A stretch of 33,776 bases of DNA from positions 1-33,776 of the forward strand of contig CAXUUL010000092.1 in assembly GCA_964255285.1 (NCBI GenBank), written 5' to 3'. Of the stretch, positions 13,278-25,611 are shown piece by piece. How positions within the stretch are numbered: the first letter of the stretch is position 1; every line of letters begins with the position of its first letter. The position numbers were made by a program, and so were the translations under genes. The notes beneath the pieces were generated by a model, which did no database searches, was not told where the DNA came from, and was given only the letters and a program-made list of their open reading frames with translations. The DNA is from Ionaspis alba. Its lineage: Eukaryota.

Positions 13278-13821
13278 CTTTCCGCTCTTCTCGACTGTGT
13301 ACTGGACAGCCAGCAATCGTCACTTGGCTTGGAATCTGAGGGGGCCTTCCTTAATGGGACTTTTTGGCTAGGTGCAGGGCTCCAGGCTGACCTCCTCAGC
13401 GGTACATCTCAAAGGCCAGAGAGCGTTGAGCCCCAATCGGTTGAAAGAATGGAGAGTGTCACGAGGCTCGCGATTGTGTCCTGTTCATAGTCCTCGGCGC
13501 ACTCGTAACTGTTCAAATGTGCGGTGCCAAAATAGGGCGAGGTGTCAGAACAACTTTACGCTAACGCCAGGCGAGGCGGTCCTCGGGAGCTTTGAAACCC
13601 CGGCAAACGCTTGATAGAAGGATTGACACGCCAAGATAGTACACGGTGAAAACTCCCACTAAGGCGGCCAATTTTAGGTGGGTTATTGGGTGATCTTTGA
13701 GGATCACAACTTCTCCTAGCAGGCCAATTAGAGTAGGCTTACCGGAGTTCTAGAAGGTAGATGTGCTGTGCTCTCACCTGCTTCCGCGACAGCTACACTA
13801 CCTATTGCTGCTTCACTCAAC
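13278..13821. promoter_or_regulatory. Divergent intergenic region shared by SEC26 and mago nashi (probable bidirectional promoter)
   Basis: The two start codons are head-to-head, 544 bp apart. No specific binding sites are assigned. Confidence 0.55.
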
Positions 13822-14605
13822 ATGGCTGCCTCTAGTGAACCTTTCTATGTCCGTTACTAGTAAGGAGATATGAGATGTCCAGGTGCCTGTAGCCGCTGAC
13901 CCAAAGCGAATAGCTCAGGACACTCTGGGCGGTTTGGACATGAGTTCCTAGGTGAGCACAACATCTTCCTGATTATTGTGTCTTTCATTGACATGAGATA
14001 GAATTCGACTTCCGTGCCCTTGGCGATGGCCGCAGTGCCTCTGCGCGATATGCCAACCACTCAAACTACCGCAACGACTCTCTCATTCGCAAAGAAAGTA
14101 CGTACATTGAGTGTCCCACACTTTCGATGCTTAATCTGACTTGGAATAGTGTGTGTGAGCTCACTACTCATTGCGGAGATTAAGCGAATAATCAAGGAGA
14201 GTGAGATTATGAAGTACGGTCATTCTATGCGAATCGTCGAGTTCATGGACTGACTATACCAGAGAGGACGACTCAAAGTGGCCGGAGAAGAATCGGGACG
14301 GTAGGCAAGAACTGGAAATCAGGCTGGGAAATGAACACATCTCGTTTGAGGTTCGGGCCGTTGTTGAAACATATATCTAGAATGCTTTGAGCTGACGTGA
14401 AATCTGCAGACAGCAAAGATCGGTTCCTTGGTCGATGTAACAGAATCTGCTGATCCAGAAGGACTACGGGTATTTTACTACCTGGTTCAAGATTTGAAAG
14501 CGCTGGTCTTCTCGTTAATATCTCTCCATTTCAAGGCAAGACCGTTCTAACTGGACAAAGGTTTCACCTGCTGACAAGAAACTGTGACAGATCAAGCCGA
14601 TCTAG
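13822..14605 (+). CDS. MAGOH: Mago nashi, exon junction complex core subunit
   Basis: Not in the ORF track. Seven exons: 13822-13859, 13914-13951, 14002-14097, 14150-14213, 14263-14350, 14410-14535, 14591-14605. Translation: [29 protein letters not shown]...[16 protein letters not shown]...[24 protein letters not shown]...[32 protein letters not shown]. The last intron is GC-AG. Confidence 0.97.
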
Positions 14606-14975
14606 AGTGAAAGAGACCAAAGTTTTGGGCGTTGATTATGGAAAGCAATACATGGACGATGCTTTGATGGATGGTAGTTAGAGCATTCTATCAAAATTAG
14701 GAATCTTTGCCTTTGACCAAATACTGTGTAAATATTGTGTAAACACACCCGCCGTAGAGACATGATCAGACGACACCCTTGCCCCCAGATTCCACGCTTA
14801 ACCCCGCAAGCCATAGAGATCCCATCATCCGCCATCAGCCACCCTCGAGACCTCCTTCAACCCGCTATTGCAACATTGCCTTGAGCGCCTTCTTCATTTC
14901 TATACTCCCTGTTCTATACCTTTCTCTTTTGCAAGTTTCGAATTCCTTAATGCGTATCCAATAATATCACCATCG

Positions 14976-16129
14976 ATGCCGACCCCAAGTGACGATACCC
15001 TTCGACTTATCCAGCCAGTTGCGCCGCGTGAGCGGGCACTGCACACGACATGTCCACCAGACAGTGGGAGGGTTGAAGGGTGGAGGACTCATCTAGGGAA
15101 CCAGCATCTGCTGGGCGACGTACTTGTCGGAAGACCAGCAGCCTATGCTGTGGGCAGTACAGATGCGCCGAGCCCAATGGACAGCTCTGCCGACATGGTG
15201 AATCCCAAAACTGAAGCCAACGACGCAGAGTCGTCAATGGCGGAGGGCCAGAGCCCCATGAGTCTTCCGACAGAGTCCAGAGATGTTGACTGCATCTCTT
15301 CACCTTCTCCAAATCCCGCCGTGCGGACCATAAACACCCCAGCGTCCTCGAGCTACGAATTTTCCAATCTTCGAGTACGCATAGAGCTTCTTTCACAGAT
15401 TCCCCCTCGTCGACTGTCAAAACTGACTACTGTGATGCAGCAACGGCCCAGCTATACTTCCTCATTTCTTCGGGCAGGTAGCAAGTTCCAAGGCACCCAA
15501 CAATCCGACCGTCAAGTATATAAAGTCGAGGTGGACATCAAGCACGTCGACATGAACGAGTCGTTTTTATGCGGATATCTCCGTATAGAAGGTGTGAAAA
15601 GCTATTGGACTTATACGTGTATATCGCTAACAACTATCGTCTCGCACAGGGCTTACCGAGGATCATCCAACCCTGACGACTTATTTTGAGGGCGAGATTA
15701 TTGGCCCAAAGTACACATTCCAGACCAAGCACGAATCTTGGGGCGCCACGGACAAGACAGATATGCAACACTGGGCTCGCTTTCCAGCGTGGCGCCCCTT
15801 GGCCAAGCAAGCGAAGAAGCCGGACTTCCATTATAAGAACTATGCGCAGCGGGAGAACATTTTCATGAGGTGGAAGGAGTATTTCTTGGTGCCCGACCAC
15901 AGGGTCAGGGAGATACATGGAGCAAGCTTCGAAGGATTCTATTACATTTGCTTCAATCAGGTTCTGGGGACTGTGAGCGGCGTTTACTTCCACGCCAAGA
16001 GCGAGAAGTCAGTATCATCGTTCCTGGGTTCCGTTCGGTGCTTGGATGCTAAGTCTGAGAAGGTTCCAACAGCTCGAATTGACGCATGTCGACGACAAGG
16101 GTTGCTGTGCGGCTGTAGAATTCCGATGA
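14976..16129 (+). CDS. GID4: GID complex substrate receptor Gid4/Vid24 (Pro/N-degron recognin)
   Basis: Exons 14976-15374, 15441-15591, 15650-16007, 16063-16129. Disordered N-terminus, then [69 protein letters not shown] and the terminal VEFR*. Confidence 0.94.
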
Positions 16130-16688
16130 CTGATGTTGAATTTAGCGTTGGAGTGTAGAGGCTAGGTACATGATCTTCTACGAGAGAAACGTCTGGGTAG
16201 CACGATATTCACTTTCCACTGTATCTATATTTTAGTTCTCGTTAGGAGAACTTGAAAATGGACCACTCGCGTTCTTCATGCCCAAGAACTGGCATGAGAG
16301 TTCTATCATTCATTTCGATCATCATCTCATCTGCTTGATTGAACTGTTGTCATCAGCCATTGCACTGGACATCCACGTCCTTCTCCCCTAGCTCCTCCGC
16401 TTCCATCCCCAATCCCTTTGCCTCCCTTGGTGGAAATTATTGAGTGCCGCATACGGAGCTTACGGAGAGAGAGATCTCCCCGATATTTAGCAAGTCTAAT
16501 ATGATCAAGGAAGATTCATGAGATGTCCCAACAAATCAAGCCAGCTCATCCACGTGACCTCTGCAGAGGACGGAACTGTACCGTTGACCTCATAAGCGAT
16601 AAGGCTGACACGAGCAAAAAGTTTAAGACGTCATAGATGTAGGATATCACGCTCACAATAGTCGGTTCAATGGTTAATCAGACCGATA

Positions 16689-17469
16689 ATGCTCCTACAA
16701 ACCCCTCTCCTTCAAATGCAACGACTTTATTCTTGGCTAGGAGGAGCTAGCACTGCTTTCTCGAATTCGCAGCTGATCCTATTTGGAGGCCCCGTGTAAG
16801 CTCAAACCAAATCTACACCCGCCTTTATGGAGTTTCGTTCCTAACCTTCGCAGTCCTTGGATCACGCCATCTCTGAATTGGACAGCTGTTGATGATCGGG
16901 TTCGTGGAGGCTCTTCACAGTCATACCTCACGCCTGTTGAAAATTCTACGAACGTTCGATTTTCTGGAACTCTCGATACCAAAACCCTAGGTGGAGCAGG
17001 CTTCGCTTCTCAGACTACCACTGGAAACAAGACATGGGATCTCAGTACTTACGCTGGTCTCGAAGTTGGTGTAGTGAAAGGAGATGGCAAGATCTACACA
17101 CTGATTGTAAAAGATGAAGAGCAGGAAGAGAAGCGAGCCGACGGCAGAGAGAAGGCTGGCATCAATTGGGAGTATGACTTCAAAGCACGCGATAGCAAGT
17201 CACAGGGAGCAGATGATCAGAAAATATGGATTGCTTGGAGCGATTTTAAGGCCACCTACAGAGGCCGGGAGAAGAAAGACGCAGGTCCTCTGAAAACTGG
17301 GGAGATCAAACGCTTCAGCTTGATGATGAGGAGGTAGGGACATTAGTTCCCCGTTGTGAAAAGAGCCACTCGCTGACCATCGGTCCAAAGCTTCTTCGAA
17401 AAACAAGAGGGTGAGTTCGAGCTCGAATTGTCTTCAATATCCGCCCTGAAGACTGTGCCGAAACTTTAA
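16689..17469 (+). CDS. CIA30 / complex I intermediate-associated protein 30 domain protein
   Basis: Exons 16689-16795, 16854-17333, 17391-17469. Motifs WTAVDDRVRGGSSQSYL, FSGTLDTKTLGGAGFAS, KGDGKIY, FKATYRGRE and SLMMRSFF. The start could be ATG 16689 or 16716. Confidence 0.88.
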
Positions 17470-17826
17470 AGAAACTCAAACTCTGGCCACGCGTACTAGA
17501 TCTTCGAAGCAATAATGGGCTATGCTTGGTACCCCGAAAGTTCTCATGATGCTGACTAACCATTCGTTCCATCGCTTTCTCCTATCAAGCACTTGGATAG
17601 CTTCATTATTCACCCTATTGATCCTTTTTCTTCCGCTGAATTGAAAAATGTGGACTGGGTGTCTTAGACAAGCTCATGGTGAAAGGAAAAGGGTGTATCA
17701 GTCTTGCTTCGATCCCAATAGACCCCTCAGATCTGATATATCAATGCTCTTCCATTGTGCCAGCAGACGACGGATAGAGCCATTTTCGCAGCCGAAAAGA
17801 TCTAGTATTTGACTTTCGTGCTTAGA

Positions 17827-20307
17827 CTATATATCTTCGTCGCTGTCATCCTTCGGCATCCATTCTGAACCGACCCAATCGGGTTGTTGGCCTTGGGATT
17901 GCACAGGCTGTTTAACGGCCCGTTGACCCTGTTGAGTTGCAGAAGTAGCAGAGCCTGTCCCTTCAATTTGAGACGAAGCTTCTTGCAAGGTTGATGTGTT
18001 ACGTGCTGGAATCTGCATGAAGAAGGAAGATTGTTGAGTGCTGGAAAGGATGGGAACAGATTGATGATCGATCGGACGATTATACGTGGACATCGGGGGG
18101 ACTGAAGAAATGAAGTCTTGAGGCGATGTGAAGGATGGATATGGTGAAGCGTTAGATGATTGTCGGACGGCTGAGGAGTATTTTGCAGTCGTTGGGGCGA
18201 CAGGTTTTGGCATGACTGGCCATGATGCAGAGGATGGGGATGTTAAAGAGGCACCAGCTCGTTGGTGGGCCCTAGAAACGGACTGCATAGGCATCGGAGC
18301 TATGGGCGCCAATCCGACCAGCTGTGACACCAACGAAGAGGATGGAGAGGCAGCAGCATGCTGCGAGTAGATATGCGGAGATATCGGAGTGGTAGGTGCT
18401 GACGCATCACGCGGTATCATTAAAGAGGAGGATGGAGGGGTAGCAGTTGGCTGCGAAGAGATACGCGGAGGTATGAGACTTTTAGGTGCTGGCGACGCTA
18501 TGCGTGCTGTAGATTGGAACCGCCGACTGACAGGGAACTTATACTGTTTCGGAGCTGGTGGTGGTGGCATCAGATGCGCTGCTTCATCAGTTGACGCTTG
18601 ACCAATCCGTGTTTCGGATGGTCTTGAAGTATCTGATCCTGAGAGGTCAAAGAAGAGTTCGTTATCGGCGTATTCACGGTCTTCTCGATGCTTGCTGGAT
18701 CCGTCTACTGCTTGCTCTTTGGCGCTGTCACTATCAATTTTGCGGAGTATAGCAACAGATGTGCCTACAGGACGACGTTCGCGGTCCGATTGGTCTCTAC
18801 GATCGACGAATTGGTGATTGGAACTGCTTCCACTCGTCACGGTTGTCCTCGTAGGTCCAGGGGGATCGAAGGGCTTTCGGTTCTGCTCTTCCCTCCCTTC
18901 CCAGACCTTTGGCAATTCGCCATATACAGTATCGTCAGTCAAGTACTGGAAGCGACGTTTGGCAGGACGAGAACTATCATGACCGTCGGTGCGGTTGATG
19001 ACCCGCTTGTATCTCACTCTCGGATCGGTGCTGGGGTGCTTGAAAGCCGAGTCGTCCTTATCCTTCTGTTTCGCTTCAATGTCGGCAAGACTCATCTTTC
19101 TCAGCTCAGCTGGTGCCATGTATAGTTTTGGAGGAGGGCGGCGGGCTGGCCGAGCTGCAGCTAAGGTTGGGTCGTCGGAAATCTTCTCTGCCGAAGTCTC
19201 TGGTGCATTCTTCTCACTCTGCTTCTTCCGGCACTTCTGCTTCTGCTGCTTCTTGCTCTTCGGCTTTCTCCTTCTTGCTTCGTCGCTCGACTTATTCCTT
19301 GCCTCGTCTTCTAGCTCTTCTATTCGCTTACGGCGCCTGGAGCTCGGTTCAGTCGTTTTCTTAGCATCTCCTGACTCCTTCAATGCCCTCTCTTCCCCTC
19401 TCTTCTCCTTCACGCGCAATTCATCCACTTCTTGAAAGCTTGAACGGACTCTTCGCGGCCGGGAAGCCGAGGTCGAAGCCCAGGGATCGAGCGGAGGAGT
19501 AGAGTGTTCGAACCCGAAAGGCGACGGCAATGGATCGGTGGCCGAGACATACAGAGGCGACGAACGTCTAGTACGTCGCGAAGGCACAGACTCAACAAGG
19601 TCGTCTCCTTCTCCTCTCGCGTACTTCTGACTTTCCGCGATTGCCCAGCGCCACTGCTCCTGCTCGTAGTCCTCGTCGTCGTCGTCGTCCGCCTCCACCT
19701 CCTCATCTGCCACCATCTCCTCCGCACTCTCGATCGGCTGCCGCATCTCCTCTCGCGTCATCCGACGGCTCGGAATCAGACGGCTGGACTGCAAGGGATC
19801 TGGCTGCAGCCCAACGACGCCGGGGATCCTGCTGATGGCGTTGGCTTCGGACTCGTTGTCGGATGCGCTCGGAGACAACAGCTCGGACGGCAGTGCCGCG
19901 ACGATCTGCCATCTCCCAGCCGTTTTGGTCGCCGCTGAAGAACGCGGTGTCAGCTTCTTGTGGTAGTAGGCGGAAACGAGGGAACTTACCAATACTACGA
20001 CGGCCCGGGCCAGGATACGGCGGCGCGAACACCTCTACCAGGTCTCCGTGCCTCAGGCGTATGTTACCTGAATGCAAGCCTTCCACGACCCTCGTTCGTG
20101 GTCTTAGCCCCTCCGCCATCTCCCTCAGCCACATCACGACGACCTCTCGGTCGTCGCTCGAGAGGCCTGAGGATAAGTTAGAATGAATGCCAATCCTTAT
20201 TAAGCTTATGATCGAGGATGGAAGTTGGGATGTTGGGTGTTGGGTTAATGCGACTTACGGTTGATCAACCACCGCGCTCTCTGCTCCTCCGAGGTTCCGG
20301 TGTCCAT
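17827..20307 (-). CDS. Hypothetical, largely disordered protein (about 775 aa) with acidic, basic and Ser/Pro-rich tracts
   Basis: Exons 20307-20259, 20166-19990, 19934-17827 join in frame through two GTAAGT..CTAAC/CTGAC..CAG introns. The terminal exon is a 2.1-kb open frame. I recognised no family. Confidence 0.75.
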
Positions 20308-22477
20308 TTTGCTTCCTGCTGTCTCTCAAACTTGTCAGCTTATCGAGTATCTTCGAGCACCAAGTATCTGGAGAGAAAATTACGTGTTCTTTCGTGTGAT
20401 TGTTCTACTAGGTCTGGTGATGAGATGAAGATGTGAGAAATAGAAAGTTTAAGCTGGGTTTCCATGCACTTCGGCCCTAGGGCTAGTGCAACGTTAATCT
20501 CAATAGCATTTCTGTGTGAATTGGTGACTAAGCGAACACAACATAGGGCATATCTCGCACGTGATTGGACAGGGGCTCCCTACCATATGTAAATCCTCAT
20601 ATATAGAGGAGAGCGGGCCTCGCTGCATTTCTTGAAGAGCGTTTGGCATGTGATTCAGTCTTTGAACCTCTGCATTTAATCTTGTGGAGCCGGAAGACAA
20701 AATACGTGGGTTCACGTTTGCCATCCACCGCTTACTGTATGGACAATAATGCAGAGTTAGCAAGCCCTCGAAGTCGCCTAGGACTGCTACGTGACATGTG
20801 CAAGACAAGACATATGCATCATTACCATTACCAGTGTATGGACAAATCGATGAAGCAATATCTTTACAGCACATACTTAGTTGAGGCACGTTTCAAAGTT
20901 GCTTACCTCCCATCTAGATCTTCCTACCAGGCTCAAACATATCAATAGACATATGACCGGGGTCAATCCAGAGGCTTTCCTTGGGCGACACTCGATGTAG
21001 CTTCTTCGATAAAATTGAAACTTTTCCAAGTCATTCGATGTCTTTTCCATCCACCATTGGCCAGCTACAGACCCATATGTTGAAGAATTGGATCTGACAA
21101 AGTCTAAGGTGGGCAAGTTGAAAGAGATCACTCGCTATAGCTAGCAATGTAGTAATGATGACGCTTCTCTACTTCGCGTCTGAGAGTGAATGTTTGTGAA
21201 CCTCGGTCTGCCGATCTATGTGAATTTGAAGTAACTACCACTGTCCAGACATTGATGATAAACGGCCACACTTTGGCAGAGTGCGGTGCTGGCAGAATAG
21301 CCATGAAAAGAGTCACAGGCTCTACTGTTGATAACTGCTATTTCTAATGGCCTTAGTAGAGGACAGTTAGGGGCAGCCTTCAACGCCATACGGCTGATCG
21401 TCGTCGTCCTAGTTTGTTTCGGAAATCAGTATCAGGAATAGGAAGTTTAGTGATGAGACGCCGTAATTTTGTAGAGCTTTAGATGAGACATGGTATCCAG
21501 GTGACTGAAACATAGAACAAGAACTTTTTCATTAGAAATGAACTCCCTGTTGAGCTTTCTCTTTTTTTGTGACGATGCATGGCTCTTCGCCTTTAATGCA
21601 GGAACTATTCCTGCTCTATATCAGTGATCATGAGGGACTGCTAATAATACTGATCTTTTTCCAGACGAGCGGGTCTGTTAGATAATGCGGCAGGCGACCG
21701 ACATAAGATGGGCGGCTCAAAGACGCTGGAAAGAAGGATTTTCGCTGGCCTTCTGGTGCAACTATCTCTACCATACCATAAGTAAGGCGTGCTGGCAGTG
21801 GCGGGAAACAATGATTTCCCATTCCGGAGAAGATGTTGTCCAGCGAGCTAAGAGACCCTTGGTCATAAGTTGGGACCTCCAAAATCGATGAGACCATGTC
21901 TTCCCAGCTTGGCGAAGTGGGTCGGACGAAACTAGGCAAGCATTCAGAACATGTCCCAATGTAACGTTCAGCACTCCCACGCAGAGAAACTTCGCTAATA
22001 GTAGTGGCAGCTATCGATGTCCAATATGTGTGGTCTGGACCGTTGACTCGCCAGCTCGTACACCCACATCTTCCCTGTGCTTTGACTCATGATTCAAAGG
22101 TCGGAAAGATGTCTCATCAGCTTGAGATGGCTGCCATCGACCGATTGATGTAGTGCCGAGGCGCTCTGAACAAGGACAATCTCGTATTGCTCCCGAAACC
22201 CTGTTGATATTGAGGCTTGCGGCAAAGCTTCGTATGCCACGAGGATCTGGCGGCAAAGCACGGGTTTCTGCACGAACCACTCGGTCCAAGGAAAGCAATT
22301 GCAGGGAAGTTTAGGTTCTGGAACATTACTACCCCTCTTTGAAGAGATGATCCGCGAGCATATCATAAGAATCAAGCACTTGGGATGAGGCAGAAGACTA
22401 TTCTGCGTTCACTCATGTAATATTAGGAAGTCCTCGGTCAGGCTCATAGCATAAGGAAAAACTGCATAAAAGGATGC

Positions 22478-22766
22478 TTAAGACATGTCACAATTCTGAT
22501 GGCCGCTACCGGACGAAAGCAAGCCTTGTAGGATAAGCTCTACACACCGAAAGCAAAAAGCACTCCCGCAACAAGGAATGACTTCTAGAGGATCTGGCCA
22601 GCAAGGACCTCCAAGGAGTTGCCAGGTGCCGCACCATATGCAACACCAAGCATGCAGGCCCGATGCAGGTGCCCCCCAAGCAAGATCTATTTGGTAGGAG
22701 CTTCCCATCACGGAACCAGGTTGGAATAACGAAAGTAGCGTGCGGATCTGTGTGATACGTTGTAGC
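22478..22766 (-). pseudogene. Possible degraded gene fragment encoding a RING-like Cys cluster
   Basis: The frame reads CIWC...VIPCCGSAFCFRCVELIL...HQNCDMS*. It is preceded by a plausible 56-nt intron (GTACGC at 22822, CTGAC branch, CAG ending 22767). I could not build a complete gene model. Confidence 0.3.
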
Positions 22767-23780
22767 CTGCATACCCAGTCTCAGTCAGCTGCTGGGGATA
22801 TCAATATGTTGACATGGCGTACAAGAGTACAAGGAACGGGTATGGTGGAACAAAGACGTCGACCACGAGGAAATGGCGTTTCACGCGACAAAAGTGCCAC
22901 AATAATGGTATCACATCTCACAATCCCAATTTGACGTCACAGCCATGACAATAGTGGAGTCATCCATATTCTCCTTCAAGGACAGAATTAAAGTTGGCGC
23001 ACATTATTCATTGATAAGACGACGTTTGCCCGAAGATCAGTTCAAATTCTCCTTGTTAGTGGTGTTGTGGGGAACGCCATTTCCAGCCTTTCCCGCTCCA
23101 CTTCTGCATCAACATCGACCTACTTGCACCATCTACTTCTCCTTGCCCTCCTACCAGAAGACTCGGATGGAATTGATCAGACATGCTGCAATGCAAAGCG
23201 AGGATTCCCGAATGCGTTTGCGCTTCAAGCTCGCCAACCACGCAGCTCCCATCGAGGTTGGCTAGGCCCTTATCTGCGTGCGCCCCGGTAGCCCCCATCC
23301 CTCCATCTTCATCTTGAGCACCTCGATGCCGCTCTTTGTTTTGTCATCACCGGCTTGTGCGACAAGGAAAAGCGCTTCGATCGGATTGGTGCATTCCGTT
23401 TGGACGCAGGTGCATGTGGAATGCAACAGCGTCCTTGCGCAGCTTGGCCACATGGCCGGAGGATGAGAATGGTTTTGTTCCTATATGAGGCGCTCTCTGT
23501 TTCCTTGTGAGACTCCCAATTGTGTACAAATCTACTATATCATCAGTTTCTTGTACTCTAAATCTTTGTCTATGCTCCAGAAGCTCACGTGAAGCCGCCT
23601 CTAGCTAGGTAGACCCTACTGGCAACAAAAGCTTTTTACCTGGGCTACCTTGTATATCCTTGCTGAAACCTGTTTTTGTCATCCTGAATTGCTACTGCAA
23701 ACTGCACAGCCCTTGAAACTTTCTTACAGGAACGAGGTTGTCAAAAACACTGCTACCAACCCGGTATCGTGCTCTCCGTT

Positions 23781-25483
23781 ATGGATTTCAAGTATGAGAA
23801 GTCAACCATTGTGGACGTTTCGTCCGTCCCAAGGCCAAGTCTGTCAAACGAAGACCTCACCAGGATCCATCAACCTATGGACCGAGCTGCGGAAAAGAAG
23901 CTCATCAGAAAGTGCGATTGGCATGTCCTACCCATGATTTCCCTTCTCTATCACTTCGCCTTCATCGACCGCATCAACATTGGAAATGCTCGTATCCAGG
24001 GATTGGAAGATGACTTGAAGATGAAAGGCAATCAGTACAACATTGCCCTCTTCATTTTCTTCGTTCCTTATATCTTGTTGGAAGTCCCAAGCAATATCAT
24101 TATCAAGAAGATAGCTCCATCGACGTGGCTGAGCTTCATCATGCTCTCCTGGGGTAAGCCCATCTGGGTGTCAAAGCAATATGGAGGGACCTTGCTGACT
24201 CGTTCTATCAGGTATCATCACTATCTGCATGGGCCTGACGCAAAGCTACGCCGGACTGTTGGTCTGCAGATTCCTTTTAGGAGTCTTTGAGGCCGGGTTC
24301 TTTCCAGGTGGGCCTCCAGCCATTAGACTTTAGATCGTATGGGCTGATCGTTCTCAGGCTGCATTTACTTGATCTCAATGTACTACAAGCGTTATGAGCT
24401 ACAGTTGCGGATTAGTCTCCTCTTCTGTGCTGCAGTCCTTTCCGGATCTGTAGGCGGGGTGAGTGAAACAGCTCTGTTCTTGATCAACCCCTGACTGACC
24501 GCCACAGCTTCTGGCCTATGCCCTGGCCAACATGGCGGGCATCGGAGGCTACAACGGCTGGCGATGGATTTTTATCGTGGAAGGTCTAATTACTGTCCTT
24601 CTGGCCTGCGCCGGGAAATTCTGCATCGCCGATTGGCCGGAGACATCGAAGTTCCTCAACCCTGAAGAACGCCAGATGCTCATCCGTCGGCTTGAAGAGG
24701 ATGCAGCAGAGGCAAGGATGAATCGTCTCGACAAGAAAGCTATACGTCGTACTTTGAGTGACTGGAAAATATATGTCGGGTGAGGCAATCATCTCTACTC
24801 CCGATCTGGAATTGTGGCTTGCTAATATCATGCTTTCAAGAACTGCTATGTACTTCGGGGTCGTCAATACCGGCTACAGCATCTCATTTTTTACCCCAAC
24901 AATTCTCAAACAATTAGGCTGGACCTCGTTAAAGGCCCAATATATGTCCATCCCGATCTACATTGTTGCTGCGGTCGTGGCCTTGATCGTTGCCCTCTGT
25001 ACCGATCGTCTCCGCCACCGATATGCCTTCACGATTGGCGGTGTCGGTGTTGCGACCATTGGCTATATCGTTCTCTTGGCACAGAAATCAGTCCCCGTTG
25101 GTGCCAGATATGCCGCTGTCTATCTCATAACTACCGGAGCCTATATCACACAACCTATTACAATCGCGTGGCTCAGCAACACCATGGGAGGGCACTACAA
25201 GCGCTCTATCGCTACTGCTATTCAGGTTGGTTTCGGTAATACGGGTGGCATCGTGGCTAGTAACATTTGGATTACCGAACAAGCCCCCACTTACCCTGTG
25301 GGATATGGGATCAGCCTAGGACTACTTTGGATGTGCGGATTGGCATGCACGGTGTTTGTCATCGGACTGCGCTGGGAGAACCGCAAGAGAGACAGGGGCG
25401 AAAGGGATCACAGACTTCAACTGCCAAAGGAGGAGCTGGAAAACCTGGGTGATGATCATCCTCACTTCCGATTTGGCTATTAG
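23781..25483 (+). CDS. MFS transporter, anion:cation symporter family (Tna1/Dal5-like; substrate unknown)
   Basis: Exons 23781-24153, 24212-24307, 24358-24458, 24508-24779, 24841-25483. Motifs EKKLIRKCDW, FIDRINIGNARI, PYILLEVPSN, RFLLGVFEAGFFPG, GWRWIFIVEGL, GHYKRS and the terminal LGDDHPHFRFGY. Confidence 0.93.
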
Positions 25484-25573
25484 TTGGGGAACAGAGCTAT
25501 GAACTATCGAATATATTACTGACGTGCTTCAAAAGTATTGGAGCTGATCTTTAAGGTGGGGCAGTTTGTCTTC

Positions 25574-25611
25574 TCAAAGTTTGTTTTGATTTCAAAGTTT
25601 GTTTTGATTTC
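25574..25611. repeat. Tandem duplication of an 18-bp unit downstream of the MFS gene
   Basis: TCAAAGTTTGTTTTGATT occurs twice, at 25574-25591 and 25592-25609, followed by TC. Confidence 0.85.

Noticed and set aside
22945..23529. Overlapping short ORFs on both strands with some coding-like composition
   Set aside because: I found no recognisable family and no consistent splice model; it may be decayed coding sequence but I cannot support a call.
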